From Flavobacteriales bacterium (GTDB lineage: Bacteria; Bacteroidota; Bacteroidia; Flavobacteriales_F; PHOS-HE28): a DNA stretch of 64,000 nt. Where the stretch lies: assembly GCA_016716605.1 (NCBI GenBank), contig JADJWA010000001.1, positions 2,349,342 through 2,413,341 on the forward strand, in the 5' to 3' direction. Shown here one piece after another: positions 37,052 to 48,276 of the stretch; position 1 is the stretch's first letter; each line of letters starts with the position of its first letter. A program made the position numbers and the translations under genes. The notes beneath the pieces were generated by a model. That model saw only the letters and a program-made list of their open reading frames with translations. It had not been told where the DNA came from and did no database searches.

Positions 37052-39301
37052 ATGAAACAACTCAACGCATTCGTCTTCTGCGCGCTGATCAGTTCGCCCG
37101 CGCTTTCCGTCACGGTGACCATACAGATGTACATACCGGCATTCTGCACGTACCCGACCGGATCGATCTACGCGCAGCCGCAAGGCGGGACGGAGCCTTA
37201 CACCTATTCCTGGAGCACGGGCTCCACGGACTCGTGGCTGAACGATCTGGTAGCGGGCACTTACAGTGTCACCGTAACGGACGCGAACCTGGAACAGGCC
37301 ACCGCGGAATTCACGCTCACGGCCTCTCCTTTTGAAGCGTGGGTGGATGGCATGGTCGGCTGCCCGGACCAAATGCTCGGCCCTCCATTCCGGATGCTCG
37401 GACAGGCTAGCATTTACAATACGGGCGTTCCTCCATTGACCTTGTCCGGGAATTATGTCTCGGATGTGATCGATGGTCCGAATGGCTACGCCGCCTTGTA
37501 TGTGGGCAACTTCGATATGTGGCCTCCTGCTGGCACACCGCTCTCCATCGCTTTCACCGATGCCAATGGTTGTCCGGGAACGATCTACGGGCAGGTTCCG
37601 CAGCCGCCTGCGCACCCTGATCGGCAAGTGCTCATGGTGGATGCTGCGTGCGCCGCCGAATTCAATGGCAGCGCTCTGGTGCAGGTGGATGAAGCGCCCA
37701 ACGATGACCCCTACCTCTTGCGGCTCATCCGTGATGGTGCGGACGCCGGTGATCTCCAGACACAGTCCACGATTGGCCAGATGTTCGGCCAGATCCCGCA
37801 CAACATTTTGCGTCAGAATCTCGCACCGGGGGAGTACGCGTTGGTCTCGTCGCCGAGATTCGAGGACTCCGCTTACGAATGGCTTGAAGGGTACTTCTTC
37901 GTATCCGAGGATTACTGCACGGACACCGTGTGGTTCACCGTGCCTGAGATGCCGGGACCCTGTGGCACGCTGAAGGGCACCGTCTATATGGACGATAACC
38001 AGGATTGCATCATGGCGGGCCTCGAGACGCGCGTGCCGAACGAGGTGATGCTGATCGAACCTGGAGGCTACACTGCGATGTCCGGGGCCAATGGATACTA
38101 CCAGGTCAACCTGCCCACCGGGTCCTACACGGTCGAACAAGCTTCTGCCGTGCTCGACGAGCATTGCATCGGAGGGCCGATCCCATTCAACCTGGGAAGC
38201 AACGGGCAATCCGTGACGCAGAACATGGGCGATACGGTACTCGTGCCGCGTGACATTGAGCTTTTCATCGGTTCAGGCCCGGCACGCCCTGGCTTCAACT
38301 ACAACCTGTGCCTGCACATCCATCACGAGACGCTCGGCGGAACCGGCACGCTCACCGTGTCCTGCACCTTCGATCCGGCGCTCACCTTCACCAGTGCCAG
38401 CCCGACGCCCGTGGTGAACGGCAACACCCTCACCTGGACGCTCGCGCAGCTCATCTCATTCGGCAATCGGCACATCAACGTGAACCTGCAGGTGCCGCCG
38501 AACCCGGCCTTGATCGGCACCGAACTCATGCACAGCGCCACGGCGAGCATCGCGCAGCCCGAAACGAACCTGACCAACAACAGCGCGGTGCATCTGCGCA
38601 CCGTGACCGGCAGCTACGACCCCAATGACAAGCTGGCCACCACCAGCAGCCAGTTGAGCGACGCGCTCTACTACATCGATCAGGACGAGTGGATCGACTA
38701 CACCATCCGATTCCAGAACACGGGAACGGACACGGCCTTCAACGTGGTGATCACCGACACGCTGCCGCCGACGCTCGATCCCGGCACCTTCGAGCTCGGG
38801 CCGCGCTCGCACAGCTGCATCACGCAAATGGCTGGTCAAGGCATCGTGCGCTTCATCTTCAACAACATCCAGTTGCCGGACAGCAACGTGAACGAGCCTG
38901 CTTCGCATGGCCTTGTGCAGTTCCGGATCAAGCCGCACCTGCCTATCGCGCCCGTCACGGTGATCGAGAATATCGCTAGCATCTTCTTCGACTTCAACCC
39001 ACCGGTGATCACCGAGCCGAGTGTGTTGGTGGCGGAGTTCAGTACACGCGTACAGGAAGAGGGTCAAGAGGAGCTTCGAGTCTTCCCGAACCCAGCGAGC
39101 GATGAACTCACCGTGATGCTGAGCGAACCAGCCAATGGCCACATTCGGGTCATGGAGATGGATGGACGAGTGGTGACGGAACAGCGGATGACCGGTCCAA
39201 GTGTCACGTTGGATGTTTCACGCCTTTCCACCGGCGCGTACATGCTGGAAGTACTTGAAGGATCGGGTGGGCGGAGGCTTTCGCGTTTCGTTCGACAGTA
39301 A
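37052..39301 (+). CDS. Array paralog 5
   Basis: Same architecture, with the CTD …LRVFPNPASDELTV…AYMLEV…FVRQ. Confidence 0.85.
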   Translation: MKQLNAFVFCALISSPALSVTVTIQMYIPAFCTYPTGSIYAQPQGGTEPYTYSWSTGSTDSWLNDLVAGTYSVTVTDANLEQATAEFTLTASPFEAWVDGMVGCPDQMLGPPFRMLGQASIYNTGVPPLTLSGNYVSDVIDGPNGYAALYVGNFDMWPPAGTPLSIAFTDANGCPGTIYGQVPQPPAHPDRQVLMVDAACAAEFNGSALVQVDEAPNDDPYLLRLIRDGADAGDLQTQSTIGQMFGQIPHNILRQNLAPGEYALVSSPRFEDSAYEWLEGYFFVSEDYCTDTVWFTVPEMPGPCGTLKGTVYMDDNQDCIMAGLETRVPNEVMLIEPGGYTAMSGANGYYQVNLPTGSYTVEQASAVLDEHCIGGPIPFNLGSNGQSVTQNMGDTVLVPRDIELFIGSGPARPGFNYNLCLHIHHETLGGTGTLTVSCTFDPALTFTSASPTPVVNGNTLTWTLAQLISFGNRHINVNLQVPPNPALIGTELMHSATASIAQPETNLTNNSAVHLRTVTGSYDPNDKLATTSSQLSDALYYIDQDEWIDYTIRFQNTGTDTAFNVVITDTLPPTLDPGTFELGPRSHSCITQMAGQGIVRFIFNNIQLPDSNVNEPASHGLVQFRIKPHLPIAPVTVIENIASIFFDFNPPVITEPSVLVAEFSTRVQEEGQEELRVFPNPASDELTVMLSEPANGHIRVMEMDGRVVTEQRMTGPSVTLDVSRLSTGAYMLEVLEGSGGRRLSRFVRQ

Positions 39302-39313
39302 CAACCACTAGTC

Positions 39314-41587
39314 ATGAAGAACATTCCGAGCCGTGTCCGCTGGTGCATCGTATGGAGCTGTGCGCTCCTGTTCGCCAGCATAGATGGGCAGGCGCTCACT
39401 GTGAGCCTTCAAGTCATCCAGGCCGACATCTGCGGGCAGGGCGCCGGTATGCTTGAGGCCAGCGCTTCGGGTGGCACGGAGCCTTACCAGTATGATTGGT
39501 ACCGGATCGTGAACGAGATCCCCGAGGTGTACTGCTTGGACTGTGGTGCGAACATCCAGGACCTGCCGGGCGACAACACCTACAAAGTGGTCGTGACGGA
39601 TGCCCTTGCCCTGATGGCCGAGCAGACCGCATCCATCAGCGTTGATATGTTGTGGGGAATGACGGATTATTTGAACGTATTCGCGTACGTGGCTGGCGAG
39701 CTTCCCTATATGAAGGTGTACGTGGGGGGGGCATGGGGGCAACTGGGACCTGGAAGCAGCGCAGTGGTTGAAGTGACCGGCGCGGATCTCTACGAGGAAC
39801 CTGTTTTCCCGGGTTCCGGGCTCGGGAACTGGTGGTTCAGGCCCAATGCTCCTTCCGGCATGGTCACGGTCACTTACACGTTCACCGGTGGCCAGTGCGT
39901 CGCTCAAGAAGCTTTCACTGTGCCTCCGCCGGTCGTGATCCCCGATATGGTGGTACTGGACGTTCAAGGCTCATGCTCCAACGCAGCGACAGGGAGTGTG
40001 ACCATAGCGCTCAGCAATGGTGTTACAGGGCAAAGCACACTCCTGCCATGGCTTGGTGGGGCCTATTCGCCACCCGGCCAGTACGTTCCGGTCCTTCTGA
40101 ATGGGACGACCGTCACGCTGGAGAATTTGTATCCCGGAGTGGATTCGTTCTTCGTGTCCGGCAATCTCAATTCCGCGTCACCCGGCAACCTGGGCTTTCC
40201 GTATGGTTGCGTCGGCTCCGTCCAATTCACGATCCCGAACCTTGGACCTACTTGCGGTCGTGTTCAAGGCAAGGTCTTCATGGACAACAACCTCGATTGC
40301 GCCATTCAAGGAGTTGAACCGGGCGTACCGGATGTGGTGTTGGAGGTGGTTCCGGGGCCGTACTATTCCAATACGGGCAGTAGCGGTCAGTACCAATTGC
40401 ACCTCCCGAACGGCAGCTACTCAGCGGCGCTCATCAGCAGCGTCGTGGAAGAGCAGTGCACGGGCTCTGCCATTCCCTTCACCATCGCCGGTAACACGGC
40501 CACCGTGAACATGCCGTCCATATCGCTGGTACCCTTGGATGCGAACATCGCCCTTGCCGGCGGTGCAGCACGGCCTGGCTTCGAGTACCACGTGGGACTC
40601 GCTACGCGCAACCTGACACCAGCGCCGAGCGGTGCTATTACCGTTACTATGGACTTCGACCCTGCGCTGGGCTTCATCAGCGCTACGCCAGCACCCACCA
40701 CGGTGCTGGGTAATACGCTCACATGGGATCAGCCGGAGTTCACGCCCTTTCAACAGCGTTCCATTCAAGTGCGTTTGCAGATCCCACCGGATGTCGGTCT
40801 CATCGGTACCGATCTGATCACCACGGCCAGTGTTGCAACACTCAACGCCGATACTGATCCTTCCAACAACACGACCACATTGGTGCGAACGGTCACGGGC
40901 AGCTTCGACCCCAACGACAAACTCGCGCGGACGAGCAGTGGCCAGAGCGCTGCTCTCTACTTCATCGATCAGGACGAGTGGATCGATTACACCATCCGCT
41001 TCCAGAACACCGGCACGGATACCGCCTTCCACATCATCGTTACCGATACGCTGCCCGGGACACTCGATCCTTCAACGCTGGTGATCGGCGCCGCATCGCA
41101 TCCGTTCACCTGGCAGCTCCGCGAGCAAGGCACATTGAAGTTCAGGTTCTTCGACATCCTGCTTCCGGACAGCAACGTGAACGAAGCCGCGAGCCATGGT
41201 TTCGTTTCGTTCCGCATCCGTCCGCGCATGCCCGTGTTGCCGGGTATGGTGATCGAGAACACCGCCAACATCTACTTCGACTTCAACCCGCCGGTGATCA
41301 CCGAACCGAGCGTGCTGGTGGCGGAGTTCAGTACGGGGGTGGCACAGCAGCGGAGCAGTGCGATCTCCTTGGCACCGGTGCCTGCGAGCGATGAGTTGAT
41401 CGTGACCAGTGGCGATGCAATGTCGAACGTGTTGATCCTGGCCGCCGATGGCCGTGAGGTGATGCGCATGAGCGCGCGATCACCGCACCTACGCATCGAC
41501 CTGAACGGTTTGAAGAGCGGGGCCTACCTGCTCATAGCGGAACTCCAGCACGGAACAACGGCGCGCGAGCGCTTCATCAAACAATGA
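39314..41587 (+). CDS. Array paralog 6
   Basis: Same architecture. It contains an in-frame G8 tract at about 39724-39731. Confidence 0.85.
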   Translation: MKNIPSRVRWCIVWSCALLFASIDGQALTVSLQVIQADICGQGAGMLEASASGGTEPYQYDWYRIVNEIPEVYCLDCGANIQDLPGDNTYKVVVTDALALMAEQTASISVDMLWGMTDYLNVFAYVAGELPYMKVYVGGAWGQLGPGSSAVVEVTGADLYEEPVFPGSGLGNWWFRPNAPSGMVTVTYTFTGGQCVAQEAFTVPPPVVIPDMVVLDVQGSCSNAATGSVTIALSNGVTGQSTLLPWLGGAYSPPGQYVPVLLNGTTVTLENLYPGVDSFFVSGNLNSASPGNLGFPYGCVGSVQFTIPNLGPTCGRVQGKVFMDNNLDCAIQGVEPGVPDVVLEVVPGPYYSNTGSSGQYQLHLPNGSYSAALISSVVEEQCTGSAIPFTIAGNTATVNMPSISLVPLDANIALAGGAARPGFEYHVGLATRNLTPAPSGAITVTMDFDPALGFISATPAPTTVLGNTLTWDQPEFTPFQQRSIQVRLQIPPDVGLIGTDLITTASVATLNADTDPSNNTTTLVRTVTGSFDPNDKLARTSSGQSAALYFIDQDEWIDYTIRFQNTGTDTAFHIIVTDTLPGTLDPSTLVIGAASHPFTWQLREQGTLKFRFFDILLPDSNVNEAASHGFVSFRIRPRMPVLPGMVIENTANIYFDFNPPVITEPSVLVAEFSTGVAQQRSSAISLAPVPASDELIVTSGDAMSNVLILAADGREVMRMSARSPHLRIDLNGLKSGAYLLIAELQHGTTARERFIKQ

Positions 41588-43800
41588 GGACCATGACCTT
41601 GCAGCAGACCCGAAGTGCCGCCACCATGGCTGCTATCTGCCTCGCGTTCGTCTCGAATGCTGCCACGGCGTACATCACCGTGATGAAGCCGGAGACTTGC
41701 GGCAACTCGAACGCCGAGCTTTCCTGCAACATCAGCGGCAGCGGAGCGGTGGCGCCCTATACCTACTTGTGGAGCAACGGTTCCACCACGCAGATGCTCA
41801 CCGGCGTACCGGGAGGCGCTTACTCGGTCACCATAACCGATGCGGTGGGTACACCGTTCACAGCGAACGCCACAGTGGAGAGCCTGAGCGCGCTACCCTT
41901 CGATGGTGATATCAACTACTATCCGAGCTACGGCTCGTTCTACGACATAACAGGCTTCACGGGCGGGGCGTGCGCGGGGCAGTGCAATGGAATGCTCAGC
42001 ATGCCCATGGTCTCCTTGGGCGGCACGGCTCCTTTCACCGTTGATTTTAGCGTGGCTGCGAACTATGAGGGGCTCGACACCTATGGCTTCCCGTATTACT
42101 CCGGCTTCTGCGCAGGTGAGTTCGTGACCTATACCATCACCGATGCGTTCGGCTGCCAGGGCTCCGGTTTGTTCACGGTACACACCACCGACGAGACCGC
42201 ACTGCCGTCATTGAACGGGGTCGAAGGTGCTTGCGCCGGATCTGACATCGGAAGTATCTCCCTTTACCAGGACTGGGGATATTCCAGGTTCCAGCTCTAT
42301 TCCAACAGCACGGGCAACCCTATTGGCAACGAAGTGGAACTCGTTGAATTCACCCCGCACGAGTACGAGGATCTGCCTCCAGGGGATTACACCTTGCAGG
42401 CATACCCCATGTTGGGCCAGTGCCTGTTCACGCCGGTTTTCAACGTTCCCGACCTGGGTCCCGGCTGCACGACGGTGGAAGGCAATGCGTGGTTCGATCA
42501 GGATGGCGACTGCGTGTGGGATGGTGGCGAGGTGGGCGTGCCGGGGAGCGTTATGGTGATCCAGCCCGGAACGCAATACGCGATCACGGGAGGCAATGGG
42601 CACTACAGTTTCAATCTGGCAGCGGGCAATTACACCATCGCGCAGACCAACCCCACGCTTGTTCCCTATTGTCCGGTAACGCAGCCCGTGCCTTTCACGG
42701 TGAACGGGCCCATCGCCAACATCGATTGGGCCAACAACAGCACCGCACCGCTCGACCTGCGCGCGAACATCAACTCCACATGGGCACGGCCGGGTTTCTC
42801 GCACAGGATCTCTGGCGGTGCGGCCAACAACACGGTGCAGGCCACGGGAGCCGTGGAGGTTATCATGACGATCGACCCGACGCTGGACTTCGTGAGCGCC
42901 ACGCCGACACCGACCTCGACCGCAGGCAACGTGTTCACCTGGCAGATCGCCGAGTTGGACTACTTCGGCGCGCAGGGTTTCATCATCTGGACGACTGTGC
43001 CTGTTGGCACGCCGCTGGGCACGGTGCTCAACCATAGCATCAGTGTTTCCAGTGCGAACACCGACACCTACGTGGCGAACAACACGGATAGCGAGACAAG
43101 AGTGGTATCGGGCAGCTACGACCCGAACGACAAGACCGCTGCGACCAGCTCGCACCTGAGCGATGCTCTTTATTTCATCAACGAGGACGAATGGATCGAT
43201 TACACCATCCGTTTCCAGAACACGGGCACGGCGGAGGCTTTCTTCATCACCATCACCGATACGCTGCCGGAGGAACTGGACATGACAACGTTCCAGATGG
43301 CCTTGGCCTCGCATGCACACACCTACACTTTCAAACCCGGTCGCGTGGTGGAGTGGTTCTTCGATGCCATCAACCTTCCGGACAGCACGACGGACCTTGC
43401 CGGAAGTCAGGGCTTCTTGAAGTTCAGGATCAAGCCTGTGCAGCCTTTGCTAGCAGGAACGGTTCTCACCAACACAGCGAACATCTACTTCGACTTCAAT
43501 GAAGCGGTGATCACCGAGCCGAGCGTGCTGGTGGCGGAGTTCAGTACGGGGGTGGAGGAGGTGAGCACAACCAATTTGCGGCTTTCGCCGGTGCCGGTCA
43601 TTGATCAGCTGAATATTGCTTCGTCCAACGAGATCCGATCGGTGCGGATCGTGGCTGCTGACGGGAGAGATGTGGCCCAGCGGACGGTCTGGGCATCCGT
43701 CGCCAGCATCGACGTCTCTATGTTGAATGCAGGCGCTTACCTGCTCATCGCTACCATGATCGACGGAAGTGCCGTACGCGAGCGCTTCCTTAAACCTTGA
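41584..43800 (+). CDS. Array paralog 7
   Basis: ATGA overlap with paralog 6. Same architecture. The pre-CTD block varies here: FDFNEAVITEPSVL instead of FDFNPPVITEPSVL. Confidence 0.85.
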   Translation: MRTMTLQQTRSAATMAAICLAFVSNAATAYITVMKPETCGNSNAELSCNISGSGAVAPYTYLWSNGSTTQMLTGVPGGAYSVTITDAVGTPFTANATVESLSALPFDGDINYYPSYGSFYDITGFTGGACAGQCNGMLSMPMVSLGGTAPFTVDFSVAANYEGLDTYGFPYYSGFCAGEFVTYTITDAFGCQGSGLFTVHTTDETALPSLNGVEGACAGSDIGSISLYQDWGYSRFQLYSNSTGNPIGNEVELVEFTPHEYEDLPPGDYTLQAYPMLGQCLFTPVFNVPDLGPGCTTVEGNAWFDQDGDCVWDGGEVGVPGSVMVIQPGTQYAITGGNGHYSFNLAAGNYTIAQTNPTLVPYCPVTQPVPFTVNGPIANIDWANNSTAPLDLRANINSTWARPGFSHRISGGAANNTVQATGAVEVIMTIDPTLDFVSATPTPTSTAGNVFTWQIAELDYFGAQGFIIWTTVPVGTPLGTVLNHSISVSSANTDTYVANNTDSETRVVSGSYDPNDKTAATSSHLSDALYFINEDEWIDYTIRFQNTGTAEAFFITITDTLPEELDMTTFQMALASHAHTYTFKPGRVVEWFFDAINLPDSTTDLAGSQGFLKFRIKPVQPLLAGTVLTNTANIYFDFNEAVITEPSVLVAEFSTGVEEVSTTNLRLSPVPVIDQLNIASSNEIRSVRIVAADGRDVAQRTVWASVASIDVSMLNAGAYLLIATMIDGSAVRERFLKP

Positions 43801-43803
43801 ACC

Positions 43804-46026
43804 ATGCGTGCTTTCTCCCTTCTCGCCTCATTCGCCTTGGCGACCGGTGCATCCGCGTTCAACATCCAGTTGACACCCTATCCCGAGACATGCGGTAACG
43901 GCAATGGATACGTGACCGTGTACATCGATGGGCCGGCGATGGAACCGCTCACATATGCTTGGTCGGACGGGTCAGATGGTCCGGAGCTCATGAATGTGGG
44001 CGCTGGCACCTACAGCCTCACCGTCACTGACTTCTTTGGTGAATGGGCGACCGCCCAGGTGACCGTGATCAACCAGCCAGGGCTCACCAGCATCGGCGGT
44101 GGGCAAGTGAGTTATGGCGTTGATGATCTGTTCGGCCACACCGGCGTGGCCTGCCCGGGAGCGTGCAACGGAGCCCGCTATATGTACTTTTTCGACGGAA
44201 CGGCTCCATACACCGTGACATGGTCGGACCCATCCGTCACCTTCTACGCCAACTTCTTGGGCATGCCTGTTTTCACGGATTTCTGTTCCGGGACCGTGTA
44301 TGACTACACCGTGACGGACGCCTTCGGTTGCCCTGGAAGCGGCAGCTTCATCGACACCTTGATCAACCCGGCCTATCCATCGGAGATCACTTTGGTTGAA
44401 GGTGCGTGCGGCGGTGGGGCGAATGGAGCGATCGAGATCTGGATCAACCCGGCATGGTTCGATGGTGGCGGGAATTGGCTATCGCTTTGGCAGGGTGGGG
44501 TGGACATCACCTTGCAAGTGGGCTATCAATTCCTCGGTGGCAACATAATCCGTTATTCTGCATTGGCGCCTGGTGCCTATGAGTACCGGCGGATCGCTGG
44601 CTCACCAGGATTGCCGTCTGAGTGCATGGAGATCATTCCTTTCGTGATCGAGGACCTCGGTTCAGCTTGCGGGAATGTTTCGGGCACCTTGTTCATCGAT
44701 CATGACCAGGATTGCATACAGGGTGCGAACGATCCTGGCGTGCCCTTCAGAGTCCTGAACATCGAGCCCGGGTCGGAACTGGCCATTACCAGTACGCACG
44801 GGGAGTACTCCCGGAATCTTCCGCTCGGTTCATACACCCTGGCGCCGAGCGGATCCGATCTCTATCCGCTGTGCCCATCCTCTTCGCCAGTCCCATTCGA
44901 CTTGACCGTTCCTGTTCCGCTGGCGGTGCTAGACCTGGCGGACAGCAGCCTGGTCGATCTGGATCTGGAGACGTTCATTTCAGCTGGTCCGGCCAGGCCG
45001 GGATTCGTTCATCAAGTGCAGGGGCAGGTGCGCAACATGAGTGGGCAGCTATCCTCATCAGTGGATGCCACCTTCACCTTCGACCCATCGCTGTCGTTCA
45101 TCGGCGCCGCGCCGACACCGACAAGCGTGGTGGGTAACGTGATCATATGGAGCGACCTGCCGCCGATGGTCGGCTTTGACATGCTCGACTTCTCCGTCGT
45201 ACTGCAGGTTCCACCGGATCCCGGACTGCTCGGAACCGCCATCACACACGTTCTCGAAGCGACGCAATCGTTCACAGAAGCCGATCCAGGCAACAACATG
45301 GCAACTTGGAACGATGTGATCACGGGCAGCTACGACCCCAACGACAAGCTCGCTCGGACCAGCAGTGGCCAAAGTGACTCGCAGTACTTCATTGCACAGG
45401 ATGAATGGATCGACTACACGATCCGGTTCCAGAATACGGGAACGGATACGGCCTTCACGGTCGTGATCACCGATACGCTTTCAGCATGGCTGGACATGGC
45501 CACGTTCGAGCAGGGCGCGGCATCGCACGGGTTCAGCATCCGGTTCAAACCCGGGAGGGTGGTGGAATGGCGCTTTGCCGGCATCGCGCTTCCCGATAGC
45601 ACCACAGACGAGGTAGCGAGCCATGGATTCGTCACCTTCCGCATCTGGCCGCAATTGCCATTGTTGCCCGGCACCGTGATCGAGAACATCGCGAACATTT
45701 ACTTCGACTTCAACCCGCCGGTGATCACCGAGCCGAGCGTGCTGGTGGCGGAGTTCAGCACGGGGGTGAATGATGCATTGCCTTCTGAAGCATTGCTGAG
45801 CCCGAACCCTGCGATGGACCGTGTGCGCTTGAGCGAGGCATCGGTCGCGGCCAAGGTGCTCCGGTGGGAAGTCGTTTCCTCTTCGGGTGCGACCTTGGAA
45901 CAAGGCAGCGGCCCCATCCCCGCGTCGGGGATCGCCATCGGGCACTTGGAGGATGGCGCATACTTCCTGCGCATGCACACGGTGAATGAGACCCGCAACG
46001 AACGCTTCATCAAGATCGGCCAATGA
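43804..46026 (+). CDS. Array paralog 8
   Basis: 3-bp gap before the gene. Same architecture. Confidence 0.85.
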   Translation: MRAFSLLASFALATGASAFNIQLTPYPETCGNGNGYVTVYIDGPAMEPLTYAWSDGSDGPELMNVGAGTYSLTVTDFFGEWATAQVTVINQPGLTSIGGGQVSYGVDDLFGHTGVACPGACNGARYMYFFDGTAPYTVTWSDPSVTFYANFLGMPVFTDFCSGTVYDYTVTDAFGCPGSGSFIDTLINPAYPSEITLVEGACGGGANGAIEIWINPAWFDGGGNWLSLWQGGVDITLQVGYQFLGGNIIRYSALAPGAYEYRRIAGSPGLPSECMEIIPFVIEDLGSACGNVSGTLFIDHDQDCIQGANDPGVPFRVLNIEPGSELAITSTHGEYSRNLPLGSYTLAPSGSDLYPLCPSSSPVPFDLTVPVPLAVLDLADSSLVDLDLETFISAGPARPGFVHQVQGQVRNMSGQLSSSVDATFTFDPSLSFIGAAPTPTSVVGNVIIWSDLPPMVGFDMLDFSVVLQVPPDPGLLGTAITHVLEATQSFTEADPGNNMATWNDVITGSYDPNDKLARTSSGQSDSQYFIAQDEWIDYTIRFQNTGTDTAFTVVITDTLSAWLDMATFEQGAASHGFSIRFKPGRVVEWRFAGIALPDSTTDEVASHGFVTFRIWPQLPLLPGTVIENIANIYFDFNPPVITEPSVLVAEFSTGVNDALPSEALLSPNPAMDRVRLSEASVAAKVLRWEVVSSSGATLEQGSGPIPASGIAIGHLEDGAYFLRMHTVNETRNERFIKIGQ

Positions 46027-48245
46027 CCAGGAACAGGACCCTCTCCTTCGCGCTCGCACTATTCGGATCGTTACGCATCGTAGCACTGCAAGTGGATGTG
46101 ATCAACCCCGTCCAATCAGCGTGCGGCTATCCGACTGGCATCATGGAAGCCTTGATCAGTGGCGGTGTTCCGCCGTACACGATCGCGTGGAACACGGGCG
46201 CCACCACAGAGATCATCACGGGTCTGTTGCCCGGCACCTACAGCGTAACGGTGACGGATTTCGTGGGTACGCAGGCTTTCGGGCAAGGCGATGTGGGCGT
46301 GACCAACATGCAGCAAGGCGGACAGACGTACGCCAACCTCGCGCATTGCCCTGGAGGATTTCCCATGGCGGAGCTCACGCTGTTCAATCAAGCCCAATAC
46401 GGTGCATACATCTGGGGTGCGCCACCGTTCACGATCACCGGACCCGCAGAGGTCCAAGGTGTTTCCGTGGTGCAATGCACGAATTGCTCCGGCATGGATT
46501 CCCTGGTCCGTGTTGAGATGAACGTTCCCTCGGGATCCTTTCAGACGATCACCTGGGAGGATGCGAACGGCTGCCCCGGCGAGAGCCAGGTGGTCATGAG
46601 CACGGAGGCGGTGTGGCCCAGTGTCTTTGTGTACGACGTGCAGGGATCGTGCGCAGGCGGCAACAACGGGACCTTCGCTTTCTCGGTCAGTCCGCTATCG
46701 TCTCAATTGATGACCCTGCGCATCTACCGGCCGAGCGGCAACTTGCTCTCGTCGGTTCCTATCGGACCAGGCACGGCCGGTGCGCATGGCCAGCTTTCTC
46801 CGGGGACCTATGTGCTGAAGGTCGTTGCCGAGACCAACGGTCCTTTCGATGATGAGCTCTGCTGGGACCAGACCGTCGCAGTGATCGACGACTTGGGCAA
46901 CGGCTGCGCGAATGTGAACGGTCCGGTCTTCATCGATGGCAATGCCAACTGCACCTGGCAGTTCAACGAGAACAAGATCCCGCAGGCCATCGTGGAGTTC
47001 ACGCCCGGGCCTTACTATGCCACCTCGAACGCCATCAGCGGCTACAGCACGAACCTGCCGCTCGGCACCTACGACCACACGGTGATCCATCCCGGTGCAC
47101 AGCAGGAATGCCCCGGTCCCTTCACGTTGGATGGCTCACAGAGCAGCGTGACCAGGCCGATCGGCTGTTCATCGCTTTTCCCGCTGGATGCCCAGGTGAC
47201 CGGATGCAACGGACCGGCACGACCCGGCTTCCAGCTCTTGTATGGGCTGAACCTTCGCAACAACACGGCTGCGAACGCAGGTGCCAGCACGCTCACCTTC
47301 GAGTTCGATCCGGTGCTGAGCTTCGTTTCGGCATCGCCCACGCCGTCGTCGGTGGTTGGCAACACCGTCACATGGAGCCTGACTGGCATTGGCGCTTATG
47401 CGAGCACCTATCGCTTCGTGCATTTACAGGTGCCACCGGACATCGGTCTCATCGGCACCACGCTCAATGCCACAGCCACGGTTTCCACCACGAACACCGA
47501 TGCTGTTCCGGCCAACAATGCGTGGACATCGCAGCAAACCGTCACGGCCAGCTACGACCCCAACGACAAACTGGCAAGCACCAGCACCGGCCAAAGCGAT
47601 GAGGTGTACTTCATCGATCAAGATGAATGGATCGACTACGTGATCCGATTCCAGAACACCGGCACGGACACCGCTTTCCATGTGGTGGTCACCGACACGC
47701 TGCCATCCACTCTTGATCCAGCCACCATCGAGGTGGGCGCGGCCTCGCACGCGATGAACTGGAACCTCACCGGCCATGGCATCCTGCGGTTCAACTTCCC
47801 GAATATCCTGCTGCCCGATAGCAACGTGAACGAGCCCGCGAGCCACGGATTCGTGGGCTTCCGCGTTAGGCCTCGATTGCCGATCGAGCCAGGCACCCTC
47901 ATCGAGAACATCGCCAACATCTATTTCGACTATAACCCGCCGGTGATCACCGCGCCGAGCGTGCTGGTGGCGGAGTTCAGCACGGGGGTGGGGGAGGCCC
48001 GTGCGCAGGAGCTGGTTCTGATGCCCAACCCGACGAATGGCGAACTGCAGGTGCAGTTGCCTGAGCAAGGACATGACGGAGGTACCATCCGCATACTTGC
48101 CATGGACGGACGTGCTGTGCTTGAACTGCGGTCCAACGATAACCGAACCCTTCTGGACCTTTCCGGTCTTGGCGCTGGACCTTACCTGTTGGAATGGACC
48201 AGTATCGGCGGTACACGGGTGCTGAGGCCCTTCGTGCGACAATGA
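46023..48245 (+). CDS. Array paralog 9
   Basis: ATGA overlap with paralog 8. Same architecture. Confidence 0.85.
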   Translation: MTRNRTLSFALALFGSLRIVALQVDVINPVQSACGYPTGIMEALISGGVPPYTIAWNTGATTEIITGLLPGTYSVTVTDFVGTQAFGQGDVGVTNMQQGGQTYANLAHCPGGFPMAELTLFNQAQYGAYIWGAPPFTITGPAEVQGVSVVQCTNCSGMDSLVRVEMNVPSGSFQTITWEDANGCPGESQVVMSTEAVWPSVFVYDVQGSCAGGNNGTFAFSVSPLSSQLMTLRIYRPSGNLLSSVPIGPGTAGAHGQLSPGTYVLKVVAETNGPFDDELCWDQTVAVIDDLGNGCANVNGPVFIDGNANCTWQFNENKIPQAIVEFTPGPYYATSNAISGYSTNLPLGTYDHTVIHPGAQQECPGPFTLDGSQSSVTRPIGCSSLFPLDAQVTGCNGPARPGFQLLYGLNLRNNTAANAGASTLTFEFDPVLSFVSASPTPSSVVGNTVTWSLTGIGAYASTYRFVHLQVPPDIGLIGTTLNATATVSTTNTDAVPANNAWTSQQTVTASYDPNDKLASTSTGQSDEVYFIDQDEWIDYVIRFQNTGTDTAFHVVVTDTLPSTLDPATIEVGAASHAMNWNLTGHGILRFNFPNILLPDSNVNEPASHGFVGFRVRPRLPIEPGTLIENIANIYFDYNPPVITAPSVLVAEFSTGVGEARAQELVLMPNPTNGELQVQLPEQGHDGGTIRILAMDGRAVLELRSNDNRTLLDLSGLGAGPYLLEWTSIGGTRVLRPFVRQ

Positions 48246-48276
48246 TGATCCTGATGCGAAACCTGGTTGAATTACC